DNA of 64,000 nucleotides from positions 7,270 to 71,269 of the forward strand of contig JAZQJV010000019.1 of NCBI GenBank assembly GCA_045541795.1, in the 5' to 3' direction. The position numbers were made by a program, and so were the translations under genes. The notes beneath the pieces are model-generated. The model had not been told where the DNA came from, did not search any database, and saw only the letters and a program-made list of their open reading frames with translations. The number at the start of each line of letters is the position of its first letter. The first letter of the stretch is position 1. This stretch comes from Patescibacteria group bacterium. Lineage in GTDB: Bacteria > Patescibacteriota > Microgenomatia > UBA1400 > PJMF01. This document shows, piece after piece, positions 18,887-27,528 of the stretch.

Positions 18887-19784
18887 AACGGTGGTCGTGA
18901 CGACGAGTGCCAGCGAAATTTTAGCGCGCCGAATATGTGATAAAATGAAAGCGCGACTGGAAGTGTGTCGCCCGAGTTTTTTTGCCGACGGCAATATGTG
19001 GGTGCAGTTGCGTGAGGATTATGCGGGGCGAGATGTATTACTGGTGCAAACTTTGTATGGCTCACGAGTTCATGAAGATCTGGTATGCTTACTGTTTTTG
19101 GCTGATGCTCTTGACCGCGCGGGTGCGGCAGCGGTAGATGTGCTGATTCCTTATTTTAGTTACGCTAAGGCAGACAAGATGGACGGTGGCGGCACGAGTG
19201 AGCGTGGACAAGTGGTGGCTGGGCTGATCGCCACAGCTCATTTCCGCCGGATTTTGATCGGAAATTTACACAGTCCCCAGGCTACTGACTGGTGGCAGGG
19301 AAAGCTGACGGAAATAAAACTGCAAGAGGTCTTGATAAATTATTTGCGAGCTCATGGGCTAAGTAAAAAAATGATACTAGTGGCGCCTGATGACGGCGCG
19401 CGGGCGATGGTGGCGCAAATGGCGCTAGCTTTGGGAGTAGACTATATGGTGGCAAGTAAGAAGCGCGTGAGTTTGACGGGAGATCCGGAAATTATTTTGC
19501 CGGCTGCTGATGTGCACGGTCTGACAGCAGTGATCGTGGATGATTTCGTGACCTCTGGCGGGACGCTGATGAAAACGGCTGGCATCTTGCGCGAGCGCGG
19601 TGCGAGTGATACTCTAGCAGCAGTGATCCATGCCCCGATAAATGATCAAGCACGAGTGCGGCTGGAAAAAGGTGCTTTGACGCGGGTCATTACGACCAAT
19701 ACCACGAGGACGACAGCTGGAGGAAAAATAGAAGTGGTGGACGTGAGCGGGGTGGTGGTGGGAGAAATACAAAAGCGACTTTAA
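18879..19784 (+). CDS. prs: Ribose-phosphate pyrophosphokinase family (PRPP synthetase-like)
   Basis: PYFSYAKADKM (compare PYFGYARQDRK) and the PRPP-binding loop VIVDDFVTSGGTL. Confidence 0.65.
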   Translation: MTKTVVVTTSASEILARRICDKMKARLEVCRPSFFADGNMWVQLREDYAGRDVLLVQTLYGSRVHEDLVCLLFLADALDRAGAAAVDVLIPYFSYAKADKMDGGGTSERGQVVAGLIATAHFRRILIGNLHSPQATDWWQGKLTEIKLQEVLINYLRAHGLSKKMILVAPDDGARAMVAQMALALGVDYMVASKKRVSLTGDPEIILPAADVHGLTAVIVDDFVTSGGTLMKTAGILRERGASDTLAAVIHAPINDQARVRLEKGALTRVITTNTTRTTAGGKIEVVDVSGVVVGEIQKRL

Positions 19785-19870
19785 AAACTTGATTATTCTA
19801 GCAGTGTCAGATCAAAGGAATCCGGCGGGACAGCATCCGCGCCAAGTCCGCATTCCGGTATAAATGAAAA

Positions 19871-20015
19871 AATCAATTGAGTATTTATTGTGTACGATAA
19901 ATTAAATTACATTGATGTATAGGTATTTATTATACATCATAAAATCATTAGCAGTTAAGACGCATGACTGCTAACATCAGAAAATTCGCCTACCGAATAG
20001 GTGATAAAAATATAA
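19871..20015. repeat. Paralogous ~140-bp 3'-flanking element, copy C (28-bp motif + hairpins), forward orientation
   Basis: Motif TTGAGTATTTATTGTGTACGATAAAT at 19877-19905. Hairpins GATGTATA-N9-TATACATC and TTAGCAGT-N11-ACTGCTAA, then CCTACCGAATAGGTGATAAAAAT. The hairpin reads as a terminator for the minus-strand gene 20030-20275. Confidence 0.7.
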
Positions 20016-20029
20016 ATGAGTCGGCAGAA

Positions 20030-20275
20030 TTAGCGGTAGTATTCCTGTGCGCGTTCAAGCTTTTGCACCCGCTGATACTGGCTGTAAAAAGTGACGGCAA
20101 AACTATAAAGTAAATAGACGATAGCGGCCAAAAGAATGAGCACCAGTGGCCAAAACCACAGCGGGTGGCGGGCTTTTTTCGCCCGTTTGATTTGAGCGGC
20201 GGAAACTTTGACAGTGCCTTTTTTACTGGATGCGTTAGTATTTTTTTTATTTTTTGTGGTTGTCTTTTTTGTCAT
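20030..20275 (-). CDS. Small Lys-rich single-TM membrane protein (hypothetical)
   Basis: 81 aa with a basic N-terminus and one TM helix. Minus-strand TGTTATAAT sits 5 nt before the ATG. Confidence 0.45.
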   Translation of the reverse strand: MTKKTTTKNKKNTNASSKKGTVKVSAAQIKRAKKARHPLWFWPLVLILLAAIVYLLYSFAVTFYSQYQRVQKLERAQEYYR

Positions 20276-20370
20276 GTATACATTATAACATTACCAGGAT
20301 GATTTGCAAGCGACAAATTTGCCCAAAACTGCTTTCGAAATTGATGATTTTTGATGTAAAATACACCATA

Positions 20371-21963
20371 ATGGCAAAAATACCGTTGTGGCAACTGATA
20401 CAAAATAACCGCTTCCTGAGACCATTCCAGGTGAGGGATATTAGCGGCAAGACGCTTTTGGATCGAGCACGGATTTTGATCGCTTTGGTGATTTTGGCGA
20501 TGTTGGGGATGTTTTTGGTTTCAAGCCGCTGGGTAAATCTACTGCTCAATCGTGATGAACTGGAACGGTTGGAAAATGAATTTATCACTCAGTTTTATCC
20601 TGCTTATGACAGTCTTTATTATTGGCTGGCTTACCAAGGTAATTTGGCGCGCGAGTTTTCGAGTGTGCAAGCTAGTGAGACAGCGGCTGCTCAATTTGTC
20701 AGCCAGATCGCGCCTGCCTTGGATCAGTTGGGCAGCTTGAAATACATCCAATTTGGCCGAGTGGGAGTAAATAGTCAGTGGCAAGCGGTGAAAAGTAGTG
20801 ACAGTTGGGCTGTAACGAGTGAAGTCAATCAGGATTTTGCGGCGTGGCTTTTGACCAAACAACTGTCTTCTGACCAGATTTACTGGTATAATGCACGCGC
20901 GCGTAGTGATGAACTCGCGCTTTTTTGGCTGTATAACGACACAGATGGCGAAAAGGTATACTTTTTGGCAGTGCTAGATTTTGCTTATGGCGCGGGGCTT
21001 GAAGACTCCCAGATGGCTGAGCAAGGCATGATTACTTTTGTCAGTGATACGGGTGAACAGCAGTTTTTCCCGCTTTTAAGTGCTGATGCGAGCGCAGCGG
21101 CGAGTACGTCGCATGAGCGGGGGCGTGCCGGCATAGAAAACGGCTGGAGTAGTGATTTGGTGGCGGCTGAGCTGGAAAAGCACACTGTCAATCAGCGACA
21201 AGCGATTTTCCAGCTGGAAGACGGCCGGCGTCATTTTTGGGTAAAACTGTCGCCGGCTTATACTCAGACTGATTTTAAATGGCTAGCCATTATCAAGCCG
21301 GAAGTGGAACTTCTAGCCGGTATTGGCATCCGTTCTGCTTGGATTAATTGGGCTTTGATCGGTATGATCGGGATTAATGTGCTGACCTTTTTGTACTATT
21401 ATTTGCGATATTCCAGACGTTACTATTTTACCAATCAGATCAAGGACATCATCAAAAATGGCGAAAGTGCGGGGCTGGAGTTTAAGTCATCGCTGCGATA
21501 TGATCTCAAGGAAAAACAGCTCAATAAAGCTTTGGAAGGAGCGATCCTCAAGAGTGTGGCGGCCTTTAATAATACGGATGGCGGCTTGCTGATTATCGGC
21601 GTGAGTGATGACGCACGGGTATTGGGTTTGCAGGATGATTACTCTACCCTCAAAAAAGCGGATAAGGATGGTTTTGAACTGCATTTGCGGGCGCTGATTT
21701 CTCAGGCTTACGGTGAACATTTTGCCGCCAGACGGGTGGAAATATTTTTCCCGGTGCTGGAAAATAAAGAAGTGTGTGTGGTGAAGGTGAAAAAAGGTAG
21801 GAACGCTTTATATACGAGCGTGGTGGATAAAAATGGCACCAAACTGGAGAAGTTTTATATCCGGATGGGCAACAGCTCGCGGGAAATAGAAAAACTTTCT
21901 GACATTGTGGATTACCAAAATCAGCGGTTTAAGTTTCATTTACCAAAATGGGATAAAAAATGA
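20371..21963 (+). CDS. Two-TM sensor-like membrane protein with extracytoplasmic domain and cytoplasmic AlbA_2 (Schlafen-like, PF04326) domain
   Basis: TM1 near aa 30-50 (ILIALVILAMLGMFLV). About 290 aa predicted extracytoplasmic. TM2 (WINWALIGMIGINVLTFLYYYL). C-terminus ESAGLEFKSSLRYD...AAFNNTDGGLLIIGVSDDARVLGL...EVCVVKVKKG matches the AlbA_2 consensus. Confidence 0.6.
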   Translation: MAKIPLWQLIQNNRFLRPFQVRDISGKTLLDRARILIALVILAMLGMFLVSSRWVNLLLNRDELERLENEFITQFYPAYDSLYYWLAYQGNLAREFSSVQASETAAAQFVSQIAPALDQLGSLKYIQFGRVGVNSQWQAVKSSDSWAVTSEVNQDFAAWLLTKQLSSDQIYWYNARARSDELALFWLYNDTDGEKVYFLAVLDFAYGAGLEDSQMAEQGMITFVSDTGEQQFFPLLSADASAAASTSHERGRAGIENGWSSDLVAAELEKHTVNQRQAIFQLEDGRRHFWVKLSPAYTQTDFKWLAIIKPEVELLAGIGIRSAWINWALIGMIGINVLTFLYYYLRYSRRYYFTNQIKDIIKNGESAGLEFKSSLRYDLKEKQLNKALEGAILKSVAAFNNTDGGLLIIGVSDDARVLGLQDDYSTLKKADKDGFELHLRALISQAYGEHFAARRVEIFFPVLENKEVCVVKVKKGRNALYTSVVDKNGTKLEKFYIRMGNSSREIEKLSDIVDYQNQRFKFHLPKWDKK

Positions 21964-21987
21964 GCTTTTTTGTGATATAATAGTGGC

Positions 21988-22878
21988 GTGAGTTTAATAA
22001 AGAATTTAGTGCCTGTCAATTTGGAAAGCGAAAAGCAGCGGTTTTTTAGTACTGGCGGGGAGATAAATCCACAGTTTACTTATCCTAAAGTCTATGCTAG
22101 CAAGGTGTTGCAAAAGTATGGCTTGCCTAAAGATGATTATCTGGTGCGAGCGCTTACATATTTGCGGGATCATCCTTTAAATCAGCAAGTGACGCCGGTG
22201 GGCGAAGCGCTGGGACTTGATGAATTGGCAGAAATTTTACGGGATTTGTGCGTCAAGCTGGGGATAGCGCCGATCACGCTGCAGACAAACCAGACACAAA
22301 ATAGCCGTTTTATGATGGTAAACGCGAACACTTTGAGTGTGCGCTGGCCGGCACGAGTGACGCGATCGGAGTTTATGGGTGTGCTTGATCATGAAATCCA
22401 GACACATTTGTTGCGCCGACTCAATGAACAAAAACAGCCTTGGCATCAGGACAAATCTCGGCGTAATAAACTCTGGAAGATGACGGAGGAAGGTTTGGCG
22501 ACATATAATAGTAAGGACAAAATAGATCCCGATTTGCGGCAAGCAGCTTGGCTTTACAGATTGGTAGATTTGGCAGCTCACGCGGATTTTATCACTGTCT
22601 ATCGGGAAAATATTGCGGCTGGCTTTGGCAGGGAAAAAGCTTTTACGAATACTTTGCGGGTGAAAAGAGGTGTGTGCGATACCAGTCAGCCCGGCGGGTT
22701 TACCAAAGATTTAGTGTATTGGGAAGGATACTGGTTGGTGGCTGATTATTTGCGCGATCCTGCCCACGATATTAAGGATCTTTACTGGGGCAAGGTAGGC
22801 ATTGAAGAGCTGGAAGATCTGCGTGCGCGGGCGGTGACGACAGGACTCCTCTACCCGACTTTTGTCACGACCAACTGA
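21988..22878 (+). CDS. Hypothetical protein with HExxxH motif and QEGLA-like (TEEGLA) motif, possibly DUF1704-like
   Basis: DHEIQTH and TEEGLATY motifs. GTG start 7 nt after TGATATAAT, likely leaderless. No TM. Confidence 0.35.
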   Translation: MSLIKNLVPVNLESEKQRFFSTGGEINPQFTYPKVYASKVLQKYGLPKDDYLVRALTYLRDHPLNQQVTPVGEALGLDELAEILRDLCVKLGIAPITLQTNQTQNSRFMMVNANTLSVRWPARVTRSEFMGVLDHEIQTHLLRRLNEQKQPWHQDKSRRNKLWKMTEEGLATYNSKDKIDPDLRQAAWLYRLVDLAAHADFITVYRENIAAGFGREKAFTNTLRVKRGVCDTSQPGGFTKDLVYWEGYWLVADYLRDPAHDIKDLYWGKVGIEELEDLRARAVTTGLLYPTFVTTN

Positions 22879-22932
22879 TTAATTGACTGGTGGAACTAGT
22901 AATTTTTCTGGTATAATACAACATATGAGCAT

Positions 22933-23018
22933 GGAAGCGTCGCCTAGTGGTTTATGGCAGCAGTCTTGAAAACTGCCGGGTTTTCCCGTCGCGAGTTCGA
23001 ATCTCGCCGCTTCCGCCA
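22933..23018 (+). tRNA. tRNA-Ser (anticodon UGA), CCA encoded
   Basis: Acceptor GGAAGCG/CGCTTCC. Anticodon stem GCAGT/ACTGC with loop CTTGAAA. Long variable arm. T-loop TTCGAAT. Discriminator G followed by CCA. Confidence 0.85.
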
Positions 23019-23071
23019 TTGACTAATTTGACCGATTGGTTATAATTAAGGTCAGTGATAGAAAGGGTAAG

Positions 23072-23491
23072 ATGAATATCTTGGAAAACTTCATACAGGC
23101 TTTTAAAGATTGCTACAGCAATAAATTTAATGAGTTTTTCTGTGGGCGGTCAAAACGGTCTGAGTATTGGTATTTTGTATTGGTCCACGTGATTATCGGA
23201 ATGATTATCGGTGTGGCGCAAGCAAGTGTGTTGATCGGTGTGAGTGAAGACGCTGGCAATTTGATCAGCACGCTTTATGGTTTGGCAGCCTTTTTGCCAG
23301 CTTTGGGGATGTCGGTGCGGCGTCTGCGTGATGCGGGTTTTCATTGGGCGTGGGAATTCATTGCTTTTGTGCCGCTTGTAGGTTGGATTGCTTTGATTAT
23401 CTTCCACTGTTTGCCGAGCAAGCAGACTGTCGATGTTTCTGACGGGAGTAATGGGGAAAACATTGATGAAGCAGTGGTCGTGAGTGAATAG
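23072..23491 (+). CDS. DUF805 family inner-membrane protein
   Basis: RSKRSEYWYFVL... and a C-terminal VRRLRDAG motif typical of DUF805 (YhaH-like). Preceded by TTATAAT and an AAAGGG ribosome-binding site. Confidence 0.6.
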   Translation: MNILENFIQAFKDCYSNKFNEFFCGRSKRSEYWYFVLVHVIIGMIIGVAQASVLIGVSEDAGNLISTLYGLAAFLPALGMSVRRLRDAGFHWAWEFIAFVPLVGWIALIIFHCLPSKQTVDVSDGSNGENIDEAVVVSE

Positions 23492-23524
23492 TTTGTATCA
23501 CGTTTGTTCACGAAAACCAGATGT

Positions 23525-23561
23525 GCGTGTTTAACAAATGTTTAACATTTGTTAAACACGC
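23525..23561. promoter_or_regulatory. 37-bp near-perfect palindrome built from GTTTAAC heptamers (terminator and/or operator) upstream of uvrB
   Basis: GCGTGTTTAACAAATGTT-T-AACATTTGTTAAACACGC followed by ATTTTAAATTT. A related element sits at 57291-57322 upstream of ung. Confidence 0.5.
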
Positions 23562-23659
23562 ATTTTAAATTTGAGATAAATTATGATATAATAATTGAGT
23601 ATTTTTTGTGTACAATAAATGAAACGGTAAACTTTGACCAGTGTGGTATAATACGCATG

Positions 23660-25807
23660 ATGGCAGAATTTGATTTAGTAAGCGAGTATAAACCTTCTGG
23701 CGACCAGCCGCAAGCGATCCAGCAGCTGACCGAAGGTGTCAAGAATGGTTGGCCGGCACAGGTGCTTTTGGGCGTGACTGGCTCTGGTAAAACTTTCACA
23801 ATGGCAAACTTGATCAAAAATACTGGTAAGGCGACTTTGGTACTGGCGCACAATAAAACTCTGGCAGCGCAATTATATCAGGAATTGAGGGATTTTTTTC
23901 CTCATAATGCGGTCTCTTATTTTGTGTCTTATTATGATTATTATCAGCCGGAGGCCTATATCGCTTCTACTGATACTTATATTGAGAAGGAGGCAACTAT
24001 TAATGACGAAATTGACCGACTGCGACTGTCGGCAACTACGAATTTACTGACACGTCCAGATGTGATCGTAATATCTTCTGTCTCGGCAATTTATAACTTA
24101 GGCTCACCGGCGGATTATGCGAATAGTTTTTTGGAAGTGATTGCTGGCGAGCTGATCCAGCGTGAACAATTGATCAAAAGACTGCGGGCGCTGCAGTATG
24201 AAAACTCACCAGTGGAACTGCGGCGGGCAACTTTCCGGATGAAAGGGGATCTCTTGCAGGTGTGGCCGGCTAATGAAAGCTTTGCTTGGAACATCGACAC
24301 TTTGGAGGATAAAATTACCTCAATTACTAGTTTTGATCCGAATACTGGCGAAACTTTGGCGGCGCCGACGCATGCAATTTCTATCAATCCTGCTAAACAT
24401 CATGTGGTATCACACGGCATCGAAGAGGCAGAAATACAGATCAAGGCCGATTTGGATGCAAGAATTAAAGAATTAGAGGCGGCGGGGAAAGTAATTGAAG
24501 CTTTCCGGCTCAAACAAAAAGTGACATATGATTTGGAACAAATCAAGGAATACGGTTTTGTGTCCGGTATTGAAAATTATACGCGCTATTTTGATGGCCG
24601 CGCGCCGGGGGCGCCACCTTTTACCCTGCTGGATTATTTTTGGGAAAATCAAAAAATATTTAATACGGATGGTTTTTTGACGATTATTGATGAGTCGCAC
24701 ATGAGCGTGCCGCAAATCCGAGGGATGTATTTTGGTGACTTTTCACGTAAACAGAATTTGATCAAATATGGTTTCCGGCTGCCGAGCGCACTTGACAACC
24801 GTCCGCTAAAATTCCACGAGTTTTTAGAGAAAAATCAGCAATTTGTGTTTGTGTCGGCGACTCCAGCGGAGTATGAACTGCAACTAAGTGATAACCGGGT
24901 GGCTGAGCAACTGATCCGGCCGACAGGCTTGGTGGATCCGATTGTGGAAGTCCGGCCGAGTGAAGGACAAATTGAAGATTTGATCGGGGAAATTTTGCGG
25001 CGCAAGATGATTGGTGAGCGGGTTTTGGTGACAGTGCTGACTAAGAGAATGGCTGAGACTTTGACTGATTACCTTAATGATGCGGACAGATTGTGGGCGC
25101 TGGTGCGCAGACATAGTGAACTAGGTTTCCCGGCCGACGGACAACTACCTAAAGTCGCTTACTTGCATTCTGACATTGAGACGCTTGACCGTACGGAGAT
25201 TTTAGCTGATTTGCGTGAGGGCAAATATGACGTTTTGGTAGGGATTAATTTGTTGCGTGAGGGTCTGGATTTGCCGGAAGTATCACTGGTGGCGATTTTG
25301 GATGCAGATAAAGAAGGTTTTTTGCGCTCTGAAACATCAATGGTCCAGACTATTGGTCGGGCAGCCAGGCATGTCAACGGCCGGGCGATTTTGTATGCTG
25401 ATGAGATCACAGGCTCAATGAGGCGAGCGATAGACGAGACCGAGAGACGGCGTAAATATCAATTGAAGTTTAACCAAGATCACGGGATTACGCCGCATAC
25501 TGTCAAGAAAGCGATCCGGGAAAAACTCTTGGAGCGGGATGAAAATGCTCGCGACGACGGGCGTAAATTGGAAGTGAGACCGATAAGCGCGGCCAAAATG
25601 AAGAAAGCTTTGGTGATTAATTTGGATAAGAAAACAGCGATAGATCTGAATAATATTGATCCAGATAATTACACACCGTATGAACGGCGCGCTTTAGTGC
25701 CCAAATTAAAGCGCAGGATGACTAAAGCCGCAAACGTGATGGATTTTGAATTGGCGGCGCTTATCCGCGATGTGATCCGAGCAATGGAGGAGGCTGGTGC
25801 AAATTAA
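23660..25807 (+). CDS. uvrB: Excinuclease ABC subunit B
   Basis: Full-length UvrB: helicase motifs GVTGSGKT and the beta-hairpin region YYDYYQPEAY. The ATG falls at the predicted TSS of TGGTATAAT, so leaderless. Confidence 0.92.
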   Translation: MAEFDLVSEYKPSGDQPQAIQQLTEGVKNGWPAQVLLGVTGSGKTFTMANLIKNTGKATLVLAHNKTLAAQLYQELRDFFPHNAVSYFVSYYDYYQPEAYIASTDTYIEKEATINDEIDRLRLSATTNLLTRPDVIVISSVSAIYNLGSPADYANSFLEVIAGELIQREQLIKRLRALQYENSPVELRRATFRMKGDLLQVWPANESFAWNIDTLEDKITSITSFDPNTGETLAAPTHAISINPAKHHVVSHGIEEAEIQIKADLDARIKELEAAGKVIEAFRLKQKVTYDLEQIKEYGFVSGIENYTRYFDGRAPGAPPFTLLDYFWENQKIFNTDGFLTIIDESHMSVPQIRGMYFGDFSRKQNLIKYGFRLPSALDNRPLKFHEFLEKNQQFVFVSATPAEYELQLSDNRVAEQLIRPTGLVDPIVEVRPSEGQIEDLIGEILRRKMIGERVLVTVLTKRMAETLTDYLNDADRLWALVRRHSELGFPADGQLPKVAYLHSDIETLDRTEILADLREGKYDVLVGINLLREGLDLPEVSLVAILDADKEGFLRSETSMVQTIGRAARHVNGRAILYADEITGSMRRAIDETERRRKYQLKFNQDHGITPHTVKKAIREKLLERDENARDDGRKLEVRPISAAKMKKALVINLDKKTAIDLNNIDPDNYTPYERRALVPKLKRRMTKAANVMDFELAALIRDVIRAMEEAGAN

Positions 25808-25838
25808 GCCGGTAAAGCAGGTAGGATTGTAGTATAAT

Positions 25839-26672
25839 ATGAGTATGGATTACGCACAAATACTGGAAAAATACGTGCTTGAAGCCTGGGAGCGTGGCGA
25901 AACGACTCCAGCGATCAAGTCGCAGTTGGCGGCGAAACGCTGGCCGATGGAGATGGTGGACGTAGTGGTGGATGAATTGGTTAAAAAACGGGTAGCTCAG
26001 CAGGAAGGCGAAAAAAAAGCGGTAGCTGGTCCGGATTTGTGGAGTCAGCCCACCTGGCCGCAAGCAAATGAAGGCTGGAGTGCGCCTGTGGGCGCGAGCG
26101 CTGGGATCAGTGTACGTCTGGCAAATTCAAGTGTGCTCAAGACGAGCCATAAGCGTAAATTTAGTGCGATGATACAGGAAAATTCTGGTGCCGGTGCTAC
26201 TGAGGCTAATGTCAGGATACAGTCACCTGCAGCTAATGCTACTGAGACTTTGAAGGCACAAGAACAGATTTTAGTTGAGCCGCCAGCGAGCCTGCCTGAC
26301 CCGCAATCAGTAGATATACCGGCGGATGCGCAAATTCGTGCCGCCCAGGATCAGATCAATCAAGAATTGGATAAGGTGCTCACAACATTGACACAGACCT
26401 TGCCGCAGTCTGCGGAGAGTGAGCTTCAGACAGCGATTAATGAACCTAAGCTGTCTGAGCCTATGGTGGTACAAAAAATGACGACAGCTAGTGTGGTGGA
26501 AAAATTGCAGGCTCAAGAGGAGAAAGGAAAGAAATTACCGCAAAAATTGCAAGAAAGCCGCAATTTGCGATCTGAGGATGAAAAAATACAATTACGTAGT
26601 TTGATTTTCCTCGGTTTGTTGTTTTTCGTGATCATTTTAGCCTTAATTTGGCACTTTTTTGTGATAAAATAG
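25839..26672 (+). CDS. Hypothetical tail-anchored membrane protein
   Basis: Low-complexity Q/A/E-rich body with a single C-terminal TM helix (LIFLGLLFFVIILALIWHFFV). Confidence 0.4.
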   Translation: MSMDYAQILEKYVLEAWERGETTPAIKSQLAAKRWPMEMVDVVVDELVKKRVAQQEGEKKAVAGPDLWSQPTWPQANEGWSAPVGASAGISVRLANSSVLKTSHKRKFSAMIQENSGAGATEANVRIQSPAANATETLKAQEQILVEPPASLPDPQSVDIPADAQIRAAQDQINQELDKVLTTLTQTLPQSAESELQTAINEPKLSEPMVVQKMTTASVVEKLQAQEEKGKKLPQKLQESRNLRSEDEKIQLRSLIFLGLLFFVIILALIWHFFVIK

Positions 26673-26677
26673 GGAAT

Positions 26678-27226
26678 ATGCAAGAGAATGAAAAAAAGTT
26701 TTTGGGCTTTAGTTGTGGAGTATTAATTTTGGCAGCAGCGTTGATGTGGCTGCCGGGGTGGCTTGGTCAATTGAGCAGCGCTTTCAAAGTGTGGTTGACA
26801 AAAGAAAAACAGGCGGAGGAAGTGGCGAGCGTACCTGTGGATGCCTCGCCAATTACAGGTATAATTTTAGACGGTGAAGATGCCGGAAGGGAAGTAGATA
26901 TGTCTGATGCATTATTGATTGTGGATTTGCAGGAAGGCACTGGAGCAGAAGCCAAAAGCGGCGATACTATCCGTGCTCATTATACCGGGACGCTTTTAGA
27001 CGGGACGGTTTTTGATAGCTCACGGACTCGTGGTGAGCCTTTTGAGTTTACTCTAGGTGCTGGTCAAGTGATCCAAGGTTGGGATGATGGAATTGTGGGG
27101 ATGAAAGTGGGCGGACAGCGCCGCTTGACGATCCCACCGGAAATGGGTTATGGTGATCGTCAGGTAGGTACGATTCCGGCCAATAGTACTTTGGTTTTTG
27201 ATGTAGAATTGGTGGAGATTTTGTGA
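26678..27226 (+). CDS. FKBP-type peptidyl-prolyl cis-trans isomerase (membrane-anchored/secreted)
   Basis: IRAHYTGTLLDGTVFDSS...FEFTLGAGQVIQGWD..GMKVGG.R.L.IPP..GYG FKBP domain, with an N-terminal TM or signal peptide. Confidence 0.85.
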   Translation: MQENEKKFLGFSCGVLILAAALMWLPGWLGQLSSAFKVWLTKEKQAEEVASVPVDASPITGIILDGEDAGREVDMSDALLIVDLQEGTGAEAKSGDTIRAHYTGTLLDGTVFDSSRTRGEPFEFTLGAGQVIQGWDDGIVGMKVGGQRRLTIPPEMGYGDRQVGTIPANSTLVFDVELVEIL

Positions 27227-27528
27227 TGAAGTTTGATCGGGAGTTTGTTTATCAGATCGCTGACTTGGCGAAAATACCGGTGGACGAAGCTCAGGCGGAA
27301 TCGTTGTCTGGTGAGTTTGAGGAATCTATGGCGGTTGTAGATGGTCTGACCCATATTGATACAGCTGGTGTGGCGCCGACTTATCAGGTGAATAATTTAG
27401 TGAATGCCTGGCGCGATGATGTAGTGGATGAGAAGCGGATGCTGTCGCAGCAAGAGGCACTAGCGAACGCTCCCCGAGTTCATGAAGGCTATTTTGTGGT
27501 GGAAAGGGTGATCGATCATGAAGCTTAA
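27223..27528 (+). CDS. gatC: Asp/Glu-tRNA(Asn/Gln) amidotransferase subunit C
   Basis: About 100 aa, placed upstream of gatA and gatB, with the GatC-like pattern (..ADLAKI...E...). Confidence 0.75.
   Translation: MMKFDREFVYQIADLAKIPVDEAQAESLSGEFEESMAVVDGLTHIDTAGVAPTYQVNNLVNAWRDDVVDEKRMLSQQEALANAPRVHEGYFVVERVIDHEA

Noticed and set aside
22933-23018. An integrated mobile element next to tRNA-Ser, or by tRNA-Cys and tRNA-Leu at 42950-43892
   Set aside because: No integrase, recombinase or transposase was seen, and no direct repeat of the tRNA 3' end. The flanking genes have native promoter architecture.
23525-23561. Interpreting the GTTTAAC palindromes purely as rho-independent terminators
   Set aside because: This reading is not rejected outright. 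The stems are AT-rich and the ung-side copy lacks a U-run, so the terminator-only explanation is incomplete. Both readings are kept in the findings.
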